Assembly (NCBI RefSeq): GCF_009914755.1
Contig: NC_060946.1
Source: the human T2T-CHM13v2.0 reference genome, Homo sapiens
Length of the DNA: 64,000 nucleotides
Strand: one strand, 5' to 3'
Under the pieces are notes generated by a model. The model was given only the letters and a program-made list of their open reading frames with translations. It ran no database searches and was not told where the DNA came from. Shown piece by piece: positions 15,799-30,351 of this stretch (its first letter is position 1; each line of letters opens with the position of its first letter). The position numbers were made by a program, and so were the translations under genes.

Positions 15799-18436
15799 CT
15801 GGGAAGAAGGGACAGGTATGTGGTCAGACAGGCAGACACACAGGAGTGCAGGGGAGGGGCCGCCCTGGCTCGGAGACTTCCTATATTCAAGGGGAAGGGG
15901 CAGCACTGGAAAGAGCACGGCGCCTGTCACGGCCTCACAGCAGGTGAGACCTCGACCCCAATGCCTCCCTCCTCCTGGGCTTGCACCGACTGGCCACGGG
16001 GCTCAGGAGGGGCTGCTCTGGACCCACGGCCCTCCCAGCTGCACTCAGAGAAAACGGTGAAGAGCAGCGGGGAGGCTTGGAAGGCAGCGCTTGGGCGCGA
16101 GGGGACAGTCTGTGCAGTGTGACGCCCTGCAGATCAAGTCCCAAGCGGCAAAGCCCCCTTTGGCCTTGGAAGTCTGGAAAGCGCTGCCCCTCGGCAGGGA
16201 CTGGGAGGGGCTTCGAGGGCTCCTGGGCCTTGCCCAGTTCTGCTTCTCAGTCTGGGTGGGGGCTGCTGCTGCGCTCCCGTGAAAACCAGAGCTGAGCCCG
16301 CGTGACTGCGGCGGGCCTGACAGTGAAGGTGTGCAGAGGGCAGCCGGGCAGCCACTGGGTGGTTCAGGCCAGGGCTCTGGACAGACTGTTGGTTTGGGCC
16401 CAATCCTGGCTCCTCTGGGGTCCTGGTGACACACCTGAACTGGGCCAGGTCCCTCATCTGCATGAGGTGATGAGACTTACTGGGGTTTGGAAGAAAGAAA
16501 ATGCACAGGAAGTGCTGGGTGTACTTGACTGAGGGCTGTCACCAGCACCCCCACACCCAGCAGAGTGTTTCTGATGGTGGAAATTCCCATCAGAGCCACC
16601 ACCACTGACCCCATGCATGGAACCAGGAGCGCCACATGCCCCAGATGAGGACACACCAACCCTGGGAGGTCCACGCCAATATTATGCCTTGAGAGACAAG
16701 GGGACAAGGAGAAGGGGTACGACCTGCCTTCTCATCTGAACCCCGCTGCGCTCGCACTGCAGGGTGGCCATCCTGGCCTGTTCTACAGATAAGCAAACTG
16801 AGGTGCATAATGGAGCCTCACCGGTAATAATGATGCTACCGTCGTTATCATTAGGGCCTGTCTGGCATCGGTGAAGGGCACAGAGCGCTGTACTGCCCCG
16901 CCCATCTCCTCCCACCCTGTGTCCAGTGGTGCATGTGGAAGGAGTGGTCCAGGGTGGCTCCTACAGGGCCCTGTGGCCTTGGGCAGGTCACCAAGGCACA
17001 GCGTGCTCTTCAGTTGGACAGTATCACGTCTGTCAGCTCCTCACCAGTGCCTGGCACAGAGCTGGCCCTTGAGTCTAGTGATCTCTGTGTCCCCTGCCAT
17101 GCTGGGTCCTTAGCAAAATGAGCCCGGCCTCCCACATCAGGGCCCTGGCCACACCACGGGCAGGCGATGTGGCCAGCCTGGGTTCAGGTAAGCCTGCCAC
17201 TCTGTCCTTGGCACCAGAGGTCAGGGCCTTTGTCCCCCAATGCCAGGCTTACAGCCCAACAGAAACTCCAATACCAAAGGCTTTAAAAAATCCATCTTCT
17301 CGTTCCTGCCGGCCCTCAGCTGGAGAAAGTTACCCGTTGGAAAACTGCTGTTCTCCGCCTCTGAAGAGGACTGGCGTGGGGGCGGATGGACACCCATGTG
17401 GTGGTCAGTGAGGACCTCAGCTGTGGCAGTGGCCGTTCCGTGTTCTGGTCGATCATCTGGGGTTTGCCCACATGTTCTTGTTGACCCTGGCCGCCCACCC
17501 TATGTAAGCAGACTCTGGGCATGGGCGAGCTGGCGTCAATCACAGATGCCAGACACAGAAACTAAGCTCAGCTGGAAGCTCAGGATCTGGCCTGAGCCAC
17601 CCCACAGAGAACACCTTCAGGGGACCTTGGAGCTTATCATCTTTCTGCCTGTGCCTCCTGGCCTGTATGCAGCCCCAGGCCGGGAAGCCCCCGGGTCCAT
17701 CCTGTCCCCACCCTCTCTCCTTTCTCAGATCTGCAGTCACCCTGCCAGGCTGGCCCCAACACAGGCTGCCTACTCTGTTGCCCGTGAGCCACCTGGGACA
17801 GCAGCAGCTGGTAGCTGGACCCGGCATGCACTGGACACCTTCTGGCCCAAGCTGACTGTCCTGGAGGCCAGCAGGCCAACGGCAGGTGCAGACTTTTGTG
17901 GGGCAGAGACAGCAAGGACAAAACATGGAGACAGAGGTCCAGGCGGAAGGGAGAGAGGAAGAAGAGAGGGTGCTGGGCAGAGGGAAATAGCACTGGCCTT
18001 GATTGGCAGCCTCTCCCTGGAGCCTGCCTTGCTCTGAAGCCTCGCATAGCTCCCTGCTGCCCAAGGGTCACCGACAGGAGAAGTCCAACTCTAAGGTCCC
18101 CATGGGCCCCTGGTGGCCTCTCCACCCCCAGGACTGTCCCAACCTCCCTCCCTCAGTGCTTTGACTCTGGTCTCTCCCTACCACCTCTGCCTCCGTTTCT
18201 CACCCTGCACCTTCCTCCTGGGGGGCTCCCTCTAGGGCCTAACTCTACCTCAGCCTGCAATGTCCTCTTACCCTGAGGTCTAGCTCAAGCACTACCTCCT
18301 CCAGGAAGCCTTCCTTGATGCCCAGGTGTGTGGCAAGTCTCCTCAGGGCTCCCGCCCCGCAGTGTCTCTTTCTGGCATGGCCCGATCACCCTGGACTCAC
18401 AGTATCTGTTTTTCCTTGTCTGTCCTCCCTCTAGAC

Positions 18437-18659
18437 CAAGCCTGTCCAAACCACAGGCTGCATGCGGCCCAGGATGGCTTCGAATGCGGCTCAACACAAA
18501 TTCAAACCTTCTTAAAACATTACGAGAGTTTTTTGCCATTTTTTTCCCTTTATCTCATCAGCTACTGTTAGTGTTAGTGTATTTTATGTGCGGCCTAAGA
18601 CAATTCTTCTTCCAGTGTGGCCCAGGGAAACCAAAAGATTGGAAGATTGGCCACCCCTG
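18437..18659 (-). mobile_element. MER30 (hAT-Charlie MITE)
   Basis: Matches the MER30 consensus in reverse; perfect 8-bp TSD ctctagac at 18429-18436 and 18660-18667. Confidence 0.9.
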
Positions 18660-19170
18660 CTCTAGACTCTGATTCAGCTCAAGTGGGCACTTGGGGAAAG
18701 TTGCCACATGAATGAGGGAGCTCAGGGCAGCCACCTCTCACCATCCTTGAGCTGGGGGAATCTGTCTAGCCCTGAGGTCCCACGACAGGCAGGGGCCATC
18801 TTGGTCTTTACCACTGGCAGCCTCTGGCCCAGTATGCTATATACAGCAAGTGCTCAACAAAGCTGAGCTTGTGGTAATAAGGGAGCTGGCTAATAACTAC
18901 CTGGCGTTTGCTCTGTACCAGGCACGGTTACAAATGTTTTGTCTTGACTCAATACTCACGGCCACCATTGGCTCAACCCTCACAGCCACCAACGAAGGAA
19001 GCCGGCACCTGCACCAGTCCCTCTGCAGGTGAGAAGCCTCGGCCCAGGAAGGCTGAGAGGTCAGGTGACTGGGGCAAAGCGTGGAGTCCAGTCGGGGGGG
19101 ACCCTGCACTAGAAGCCAGGGCACCTGGCCCAGAGTCTGTGCTGCCCCTCCCTGAAATGAATCCCCTCGT

Positions 19171-19390
19171 CCAGAGTGTCTCAAACTTCCTGACCATAAC
19201 CCATAGTCAAAAATACACATGACGGAGTCACCCAGTCTTGAAACAAGTTGGTCAAGAAACAATGCATAGGATGCATATCTTGATATTTCCATTCTATTTT
19301 AGTCTGGCCTCATTTATTCCATTTTAAAAAATTCTGGTCATGACCCACTAAATTGATTTCCCAATTCCTTGCTGAAGAAACGTATCTGGT
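19171..19390. mobile_element. Probable old hAT-Charlie MITE fragment
   Basis: cagagtgtctcaaact start and ggtcatgacccactaaattgatttc subterminal-type motif; family uncertain. Confidence 0.4.
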
Positions 19391-19565
19391 CCAAATGTTT
19401 CCATTGAAGAATGGATAGAAGAGGTAAGAGGGGAAGGTGCAGCTGAGAGGGCACGAGTTCCGCCTGGCCCAGTGCCCACCAGAAACCTCAGTGCTGAGGG
19501 GTTAGGAACAGAGACTGCGGGGACAGACAGACGGACACCCCAGGGCCCGCCCGAGGGCTGCTTAC

Positions 19566-19658
19566 CTGAGGTAGCACTGCCGCTCCTTGCCCGGCCAACC
19601 TCTGCAAGGAGCTGACCTGAGGACCCGTGACAGGCACTGCAGTGATCGTTCCCAAAGC
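19566..19658 (-). CDS. PHF21B: PHF21B coding exon (probably exon 3), 93 nt, [31 protein letters not shown]
   Basis: Minus strand: tgtatgtttcag|GCTTTGGGA...CCTCAG|gtaag. Phase 0/0. Peptide recognised as the PHF21B N-terminal region and splices in frame to the next exon. Confidence 0.95.
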
Positions 19659-19779
19659 CTGAAACATACAGGAGGGCAACGCTGAGACAGGAGGAGCAGC
19701 TGAGACCGAATCCGTTGCCCCCAGCCTGGCCAAGCAGGGGGCAGCTGCCTTGGAGACAGCAAATTCTACTCTTCCCTTT

Positions 19780-20260
19780 CTTAATTATGATTTTAAAAAA
19801 ATCACAATAGTAATCGATATTCCTTCCAGAAAGTTTGGAAACTAGAGAAAGGAAAAGAGCAGCACTGCCCAGAAATCAATTACCCTTTGTTACACATTGG
19901 CTTCCTCTTTTAAGTGAATTTTTTATACAGCTAAATATAGAATGTTGTAACCTATTTTTCTACTTTCACTTAAGGACAAGGTGTGATGTCGCTACGATCT
20001 TCATAAATCACTCCTTTAATGGCTATGGGATCTTACATTCAGCAGACATAATGGTATTTCCTCAGACAATCCTCTACTCTTGGAAATTTGAGTTCTAGCT
20101 CCATCTTTTTCCAGTTAATAAACAATGCTGCAGCGAACATCTTTGTGGATAAATCCATTTCCACATCACAGAGCATTTCTGTAGGAGAGTCTGAATATGG
20201 GGATCCATGGACCAAAATGCAGGAATATTTTCAGGCCCTTGGTGCATATCTGCACTGGGT
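19780..20260 (-). mobile_element. Old L1ME-type 3' fragment
   Basis: ataaacaatgctgcagcgaacatctttgtggataaatcc is typical antisense L1ME. Confidence 0.6.
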
Positions 20261-20387
20261 CCCTCAGGAGGGGGAACGGCCTGGGTGTGCACCAACCTGC
20301 CCCCCAAATCCCAGCCCCCCAATATGGGGGTCTCGCCAACACACGATGGGATGGCAGCACCACTAGCAGGGTGGACATTCAGGGTAA

Positions 20388-21126
<739 letters not shown>

Positions 21127-21517
21127 TGATGGAGCAGTTCTACATGGCTACATTCGCACCCCACGAGCCTGCCTGATGGGGAGAGAGGGAACCCCTTGCT
21201 CAGATCCAGTCAAACCATCAGTGGCCAGGGACCAGTGAGGTTCTCTCTTGATCTCAGATGCAGAAATTCTTAACAGAATGTTAGCAAATCAATTCTAACA
21301 ATAACAAAAAGGATAAGACATCATGAACAAGCTGGGTTTATCCCAGGACTGCAGGGCTGCTTTGCCATTTGAAAGTCAGTCTGTGTAATTTGCTAAAATA
21401 ACACATGGAAGAAGAAAAACCGTATGCCGGCCTCAACAGATTTTCAAACAGCTGTTAGGACTAATAAATGAGTTTAGCCAGGTTGCAGGATAGAACAATA
21501 TATAAAAATCAGTTGTG

Positions 21518-21814
<297 letters not shown>

Positions 21815-22900
21815 AAAAATCAGTTGTGTTTCTATACACTAGGCACCAACATTTAGAAATTCAAAAAATTTTAAATGCCATTTGCAATAGCATCAATAAA
21901 TAAAAATAAGAAATAGGGATGAATCTGACAATAGCTATATAAGACCTGTACACTGGAAACTTCCAAATATCGCCAAAAGAATTGTTTAAAGACTTAAGAA
22001 AGAGATATACCATAACCATGAATCAGAAGCCTCAACATTGTTAAGATTTCAATCCTTCCCAGATTGATCTACAGATTCAACACAACCTCAAATCAAAATC
22101 TCAGTCGGCTTTTTTTTAAAAAAATAGAAATTGACAAGATGATTTTAGAATGCATATGAAATTATAAGGGACCTAGAATAGCCAAAACTATGAAACAAAC
22201 AAAAATAACAACCAAACAAAGGGAAAGATTTAACATTATCTGACTCCAAGACCCGCTATAAAGCTATGGTAATCAAGACAGTGTAGTATTGGTGTTAAGA
22301 TGCATAAATAGATCAATGGAACAGAACAGAGAGTCCAAAGTAGACTTACACATACATAGTCCATTGATTTTCAGCAAAGCCCAAAAAGGTAATTAATTTA
22401 GTACAAAAAAGATAATGTTTTCAAAATGGTATTAGAACAAGGAGATATATACTAAAATCGAACAGAAAAGAACTTCAGTCCATACCACATACCATATCAA
22501 AAAAAAAAAAAAAGAACAAATGGATCAGAGATCTGAATGTAGGGACCAAAACTATAAAACTGCTCGAACAAAATGTCTCAAATAAAATGTAACAGAAATC
22601 TTTGGGATGTTAGGTCAGGCAAAGAATCTTAGATACAACACCAAAAACATAATCGATATAAGGGCAAAATAATAAATTAACTTCAACAAAATAAGAAACT
22701 CCCAAAGATGGAAAGAGAATGTTAGGAAAATGCAAAAAGTGGCCACACCCTGGAAAAAAACACATACAAATCACCTATCTGATGAAAGCCTTGTATCCAT
22801 AATATATGACAGAACTCTTAAAACTCAATAATCTGAAAACAAACAACTCATTAAAATGAACACAATATTTGAACAGATACTCCACTAAAGAAGATATACT

Positions 22901-23275
22901 GGGCCAGGCACAGTGCCTCATGCTTGAAATCCCAGCACTTTGGGAGGTGGAGGTAGGCCAATCGCTTGAGGCCAGGAGTTCAAAACCAGCCTGTGCAATA
23001 TAGTCTCTAGAAAAAAAAAATTAAAAATTAGCTGAGCATGGTAGCACATGCCTGTAGTCTCAGCTGCTTGGGAGGCTGAGGCAGGAGGGTCACTTTAGGC
23101 CAGGAGGTTGAGGCTGCAGTGAGCCATGATTGCACCACTGCACTCCAGCCTGAGTGACAAAGTGAGATCCAAGAAGAAGAAGAAAGATGAAGAAGAAAGA
23201 AGAAAGAGGAGGAAGAAGAGGGAGGGAGGGAGGGAGGGGAGGGAAGAGGGGAGGAAGGAGAACAACAACAAAAAC
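22901..23275 (+). mobile_element. AluJ with tail expanded into (GAA)n/(GGGA)n purine repeat
   Basis: J-type right arm, then aagaagaagaag...gagggagggagg at 23170-23260. Confidence 0.88.
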
Positions 23276-23520
23276 AACTACTGATGGCAAATAAGCAAAT
23301 AAAAAATTACTAAACATAATTAGTTATTAGGGAAATGCAAATTAAAACCACAATAAGATACTGCTACAAGCCTATTCAGATGGCTAAAATTAAAAAGACT
23401 GACCAAATCAAGTGCTGGTGAGGATGTAGAGCAAATGGAACTCTCAACCACTGCTGTCGGGAACATAAAATGATACGCTTTGAAAGACAGTTTGGCAGTT
23501 AAAAAGTTAAACTTATGTAT

Positions 23521-23902
23521 GGCAATGAACAGAACGTATGTGTCCTCTCCCAGATCCAAATGTTGAAATCCTAACCCTCAATGTGATGGTATTTGGAGAT
23601 GGGGCCTCCGGGAGGTGATCCGGTCATGAGGGTGGAGCCCTCAGTTAGTGCTCTTATAAGAAGAGACACGAGGGAGTTTGTGTCCTCTCTCTCTCTCATT
23701 CTCTTTCTCTCTCTGCCATGGGCAAATACAGCAAGAAGGTGGCCATCTGCAAACCAGGAATAGAGCCCTCATCAGGAACTGAATCTGCTGGCACCTTGAT
23801 CTTGGACTTCCCAGCCTCCAGAACCATAAGAAACTGATTTCTGTTGCTTAAGCCAGCCAGTCCATGGTATTTTTGTTATGGCAGCCTGGGCAGACTAGGA
23901 CA
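23521..23902 (+). mobile_element. MLT1A-type MaLR solo LTR
   Basis: aatcctaaccctcaatgtgatggtatttggagatggggcc...ttgatcttggacttcccagcctccagaac...gactaggaca. Confidence 0.88.
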
Positions 23903-25156
23903 TTTATGATACGAGACAGCCATTCTATTCCTAAGCATTCGCCAAGAGAAGGGAAGGCACGTGTTCATACAGAGACTTGTACGTGAATGTTCACAGCAGC
24001 TCTTGGTGTCACAGCACAAATGGGAAGCAACCCAAACGCTCACCAACAAGTACACGGATGAGCAAGCTGTGGTATCTTCACACGACAGAGTATTACTCAG
24101 CAATAAAAAGGAACAAACTACTGACACACACAATATGGATGAATCACAAAATAACACTGCCAAAAAAACCCAGACTCCAAAAAATATCCATACTGTATGA
24201 TGCTAGTTATACGAAATTCTGAAAATGGCAAACAAAGTGACAGAAAATAAATCCCAGGTTTTGTGGAGATGGTGCAGGGACGAGAGGAAGGGATTACAAA
24301 ACGACACCAGGACATTTTCAGGGAGAAAGATGTGTTCACGATCTTCATTGTGGCAATGGGTTCACATTTGTCAAACTTATATTGTACATTCTAAATACAT
24401 GCAGCTCATTGTGTATCACTTATACCTCCACAAAGCTGTTAAAAATTCCCTCCCCATTTCTCTCCTTATCTAATCTCTCTCCACCCCTAGAATGAATATC
24501 ATCCATCCTCAAATGACATGGCAGAGGGTCTCAGGCCCCACCACAGAGCTGCTTCTCTCATTATGCTCGGACGGCGGTTCCTGCCTCCTCTTTGCCACCT
24601 GTCCCATGGGGGTCAAAACTCTGAGAGGCTCATGTCCTCTGAGCCAACTGCCTGTCTCTCTGCATGGAACCAAATGACCCACATTCCCCTGGATATCCAC
24701 TCTGGACATTTGTTAAAACAGAGCTTTCTATGCAATGCGGAGCCCATGACAAACAGCCTCGGCCACTGGATGAGGCAGCTCCCAATCCATAACACCGCCT
24801 GCTGCTCTTGGCTGGCACAGCCTGGCGGGCAGCACTGAGACCACCTCAGGTGCCACCTGATGCCCGCCTCCCCTAATGCATGTCTCAAAGATGGGGGGTT
24901 ATGGGGATTGTCCTCCCCATTACCTCGAACTCCACGACCAGTGTTCCCCCAACTTCCACAAAGCAAGGTGTGTGGAAGGCTCTGATCTCCCCGCCCCTGG
25001 CCTGCCAGCCAGTGCCATTTATGCAGCTGGTCAACAGTCAGGGCCCCAGGCCAGCCCAGACTGTGGGGGCGGGAGGCAAGCAGGAGCAGCCATTTGATGA
25101 GCCAGATTCCAGGTAACTCCACCCAACTGGGGCCGCAGGCCGAGAGTAAGCAAGCC

Positions 25157-25437
25157 CTGTGGTGGGAAGGCCCACGTGGCCCGGCCTGCAGTGGATTTCC
25201 GGGGAAGTGGGTTCTGTGGTGGGAAGGCCCACATGCCACGTCCCTAAGGTGTGTTCCCTGGCAAGCGGGTTCTGTGGTGGGAAGGTCCATGAGGCATGAC
25301 CCTGCAATGGATTCCCAGGGAAGCACATTCAGTGGCATGAAGGCCCACACGGCATGTGGGTTCCTGGGGAAGCAGGTTCTGTGGCGGGAAGGCCCACATG
25401 GCATGTCCCCGCGGTGGATTCCCGAGGCAGGTTCCCC
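25157..25437. repeat. Degenerate minisatellite, ~5 copies of ~50-59 bp
   Basis: Recurrent ctgtggtgggaaggcccaca core at about 25157, 25213, 25272, 25330 and 25378. Confidence 0.88.
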
Positions 25438-25789
25438 GTAAGTGTGTGCATGAGGGGCAGGCCGTGGGGCCCCGGGGAGGAGAAATTTCCACATGGATGG
25501 GGCTGGCCAGCATATCCAATAGGGGCCAGAGAACAGGCACGAACCTGTTTTGCTGGGGCTTCCGTCCTCACTCAGATGCCCCAGATAAAACCTCCAGGCA
25601 TGGGCCAGCCCGTGAGGAGGTGTGGGCTGGCCCTCCAGGCAAGGCGGGTGTGTGCTGCTGTGTTTTCCAAGCCCACATGTGCCTCTGTGAGTCCTGGAGG
25701 GTTGCTGTGTGAAGTTGCTCCTGCAGATAGCTCTGGGTGGGCCGAGGAGGCCGAGGACAGCCATGTGTGTTTTCCATGTTGCCTCGTGG

Positions 25790-26010
25790 ACCAAGGGTTG
25801 CCGTGTGGGCTGGGATGGCGATGTGTCCATGTCCAAGTACTGCCACGTGGGCCATGGGTAGCTGTGTGTTTTGTGTGTTGCTGCATGAGCTAGGGGTGGC
25901 CATGTATCCGTGTCCGGGTGTTGCTGCGTGAGCCGGGGGTGGCCGTGTCTGTATCCGGGTGTTGCCATGTGGGCCGGGAGTGACCGTGTATCTGTGTCTG
26001 GGCGTTGCTC
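25790..26010. repeat. Degenerate minisatellite, ~5 copies of ~40-45 bp
   Basis: Recurrent gggtggccgtgt(a/c)t...tccgggtgttgc...gtg(a/g)gccgg units. Confidence 0.7.
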
Positions 26011-27423
26011 AGCAGCAGCTGTTGCTTTCTCTGATACCCACTCAGGTGTGCACAGCTCTGCTTCCACACGAGTTCTTCTCGGGAGCGTCTTTGGCTCTGT
26101 GTCTGTGTTTCTGGGCCTCATATCTGGTCAAGGCTCGACGCTCCCTCCTGACTTGGGACCCTGACAACTCCTGTGCCCTTACTTTAGGAATTCACAGCCG
26201 GGGACAGGGAAAGGAGGGGAGACCCAAAGGAGAGGGACGGATGGAGGCGGCGGAGAGGCAGAACCCCGAGAGAGAGGTGAGGAGATGACAGGAAGAGCTA
26301 TTTCCACTTGATCCTCCCTAGTCAGTTACCAAGAAAGGGACACAACCCGCCCTGGGGAAACGTCCACACCCGCAGGAGGCCGGCAACAAACAGTGCCTGG
26401 CCATGCGTGTCCCCCCAAAACTCCAAACCAACGGCCTGTGTGCCCCTGCCTGGGACTCGAGGTGCCCTGCAGCTCTTCAGGGAGCAAATATGGGGTGCCC
26501 TCAAGTATCCAGCACCCTTAGCTAGGCAGGCAGAAAGAGTGGGCTCTGCAACCATGGACCTACAGCCCCAGCACCAAAGGAGAGACGATTCTGAGTCAAA
26601 GTCCAAAGTCCCCATTATCTGGGGAAGAGTCTGCTGCAAACAGGGCTGCCTTGCAGGGCCCCCTCCTCACCGCCCTGGGGACGGTGGGTTCCTTTTCGAA
26701 CACTGCCATCCCCTTCCAACAACCGTCCATTCTCCGCCAATGCTAAGCTAGCTTCAGGCTCTCCAATCTCTACGTGTTTTCTTCACTCCAAGCCTACCCG
26801 AGTGCGTTCTTCCACTTCCCTACAAACCTTTAATTAGCGAGCTGAAAGCCATTTTTTTCTGGCAAGGGCTGACCTTTCTGCTCCAAGCTGGAATTTATTG
26901 ACACCAGCAGAAACAATCATCTCAGACTCGATTTCACCAGCACCAGGTAGTTTACAGCCGCACTTACTTCAAGATCAATGAGCTTGTGACTACGTTTACA
27001 GCTCCAAGCATTTTAATAGGGGGTAAAAAACGGGCCATAACAGTCAAAGATAACTTCAAATTCTTCCTGCCATGGCTGAGTCTGGGGCGGGGCGGGGCAC
27101 AGCTGGGGAAATCTCTAGGAAGCTCAGACACGGGGAGACAGCGGGAAGGAGACAGGTGTTGGTGCAGACCCTACAACCTTCCAGGGCAAAAGCCACATGT
27201 GGCTCTGGAAAAATCTGTCTTTAATAAATGTTTCTGAGCGCTCTAGGGACTTGGCTCTGGAGCTCTGCCAGGGCAGAGGGGTTCCAGCGCTGGCTTTGAC
27301 ATCAGCTGTGCGGGACCCCTCAGCTCTTCCCACCCCCGCTTCAGCACGCACCACCAGGACTCACCCCATACGGCAACACCAGCCTCACGCCCGCCGTCCT
27401 CGAACTGCCAGGCCACAGTCTAA

Positions 27424-27852
<429 letters not shown>

Positions 27853-30190
27853 TAAAGAAACCAGGACAATTGTCTACAGAAGGCGCTGGGTTTCTGTGGC
27901 TGCTTCCTCGCAGTGGGCCGTGTTTCCCATGGAGACCCTCACTGGACAAGGGTGGACCAGGCTCTCCAGAGTCTTCACCCACCATTCAGGCCCTGGGGCT
28001 GCAGAGGCCCCCCACCCCTCACCGCTGAGGCCCCACTGCCGGGGCTGAGGACCCACAGGCCTCTGGACATTTGAGCTTCACCAGGCTGGGGAGGCGAGAG
28101 GGGAGGCAGCCCCAGGCCTCCCAGAAGCCCCCATGGAAGGCGGCCTTGCTCTCCTCCTCTCCACATGGCCCAGCCGCCACGCGCACAGCCACAGAGCACG
28201 GCAATTTAATTGCTTCTCGAGTTACAATTTTCCTTGCATCTTTAGAGAACTGCTGTGATGTGTGGCAAAGATAACAAGTCAGTTCCAACATCAATAACCG
28301 CTAATAAATATTAATATAACATAAGCACCACTTTTACTGTCATGTGAAACCAGTTCATTATTCACAGATGAAATCCAACTGCCGCCTTTATCACTGTCAG
28401 GAACGAACGAGCTGGTTCCACGGGCCGCTGCTGCTGCATGAGAATGTGCTTAGGCTTGGCCTTTATGTCCCCATTTGGTGTCCCCCACCCTCATCCAGAC
28501 ATCCCGCCTTCATGAGCCCCAAGCTCATCCAGGAGGGACCAGCAAGGGCCACGGCGAGTGCATGTGAAAATCCAGGCAAATTCCACTTGCTCTGGTCTCA
28601 GCTGGCTGCCCTGTGCCTCCTCCAGCCCACGTGCGTTTACCACCATGCCCGGTGCACCTGCAACAAAGACCACCATGGGGAGGCCAACCCATGTGCATTT
28701 GAATTTGACTCCTGGACTGGCGCTGGTCATGCCAGACTCATTGCTCCCCCACCTCCAAAGAAAGAGGGCAAGAACTGCTGTCACTGTTACAAGGACCAGA
28801 GGGGAGGTCCCTGTACCAGGAGATGCCCGGCACAAAGGTGCTCTAACAGCAGCCGGTGGCACTGGCACTTGAGTCGTTCCAATGGTGCCACTGCCTCTCA
28901 GTCCTGCGCGCCTCTGTGGGCCAAGACACACCCACAGAAATGCAGCATGAGGCGGCAGGCCTGAGGGACCCACAGAGATGCGAGGGTCCACCGGGCTGGA
29001 GGGAGGGGAGGCGACAGGTCGAAGATGAGGTGAGGCAGCGAGCCCAGGCCTGCAGTTCCAGGAAGGACCCCTGCAGCACCTGCAACCAGGCAAGCTGGGA
29101 TCCACCCACTGTCACTAGGAGGGAAAAGAGGAACCAGAAAGTTCTCATACAATGGAAAACTTCCCAGCAGCCAGAGGGAAGAAACCAGACTTGCCCGGGT
29201 CACCAAGAGTGTGGAAGACACCCCTCGGGGTGAACAACACGAGCACCTGCGTCTGCGCACAGCCTGACTCCATCCGCTCAGGCAAAGCCAGCACTGGGGC
29301 GGGTGTGGCCTGCTGGTGTCCCATAAACGCACACAGCCAGGGCTGGGTCTATCCCCAAGTCATGACTGCGGCTGCCCCTGTGGAGGGGAGGGGGAGAGGA
29401 GGAAGCTGGAGGATGCCTATTGCCTCTACCGTGTACTAGCCTTTAAGAAAGTGATCAGAAGCAAACTGCCCAACCTCCCTGTTTACCCATTTGGGTGGAG
29501 AACATGTGGAGGCTTACTATAGGGCCCTTTGTATATTTTATAATAAATAAATATGCATGAAGGAGACAGAGGGAGCTCTGTCTACAGCTGGAAGCAGGAG
29601 GGGGTGTCTGAGTGGCACCTTGCAAGCTGGACCGGAATGTTACCAGTGGGCAGTCAGGAAAGCACATAGGAGTCGGGAGGCGGGACAGGAGGGTGGTGGG
29701 AGGGGCAGAGGCACCAGCAGCAGGGGTGCCAAGAGGCTCAGAGCACTGGAGGCTACAGCTCCCAAAGGTGGACAGTGAAGGAGGAGAGGAGGGGCCTGCC
29801 ACCAGGGGCCCTGAATCCATCCATGCCCAGGAGCTGAATGTGAGTCAGGCAGAGCACTCTGGGGCAGGCACCAGAAGGGCTCTCACCTCTTCTGACAGGA
29901 TAGGTTGCTGGCCAAGCCCCTGAAAGGGCAGGGCGCAAGGGCGGCACCCCCCAACCCCGAGGTACTGAGGCCTGTTTGGACCTCGGTATCTTCTCCTGCC
30001 AGGAACAGCTGTCCGGGGCCTGCAGCCCTTCCCCATCCTGAATCCTGCTCTCTCCCAGGGTGCTGGTGACAGCCCCGATACCCAGCAGCTCCGGAGAGGT
30101 GAGCTACGCCCAGGGGACTCTTAGAAGACCTCAATGCTGGAACCCTCTTCCAAAGCCAGCTTCAGCAAGCCCCACAAGGAGTCATTTTCT

Positions 30191-30351
30191 TTCTTTCTTT
30201 TCAGAGACCAGGTCTCGCTCTGTTGCCCCAACTGCAGTGCAGTGGCGCAACCGTAGCTCACTGCAGCCTCGAATTCCTGGGCTCAAGCGAGTCACCCATC
30301 TCGGCCTCCCAAAGTGCTAGAATTACAGGCATGAGCCACCATGACCACCCG
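30191..30351 (-). mobile_element. Alu monomer (FLAM/AluJ-type)
   Basis: Single arm; TSD gagtcattttct / gagtcactttct. Confidence 0.85.

Noticed and set aside
15382-16122. 246-aa Gly-rich plus-strand ORF
   Set aside because: Antisense shadow of the GC-rich PHF21B exon.
17240-18037. 265-aa plus-strand ORF in an intron
   Set aside because: No recognisable domain or codon pattern; length is plausible by chance in GC-rich DNA.
25157-25437. Repeat-spacer-like array resembling CRISPR
   Set aside because: Mammalian DNA; the 'spacers' are homologous to each other, so it is a degenerate minisatellite, and there are no cas genes.
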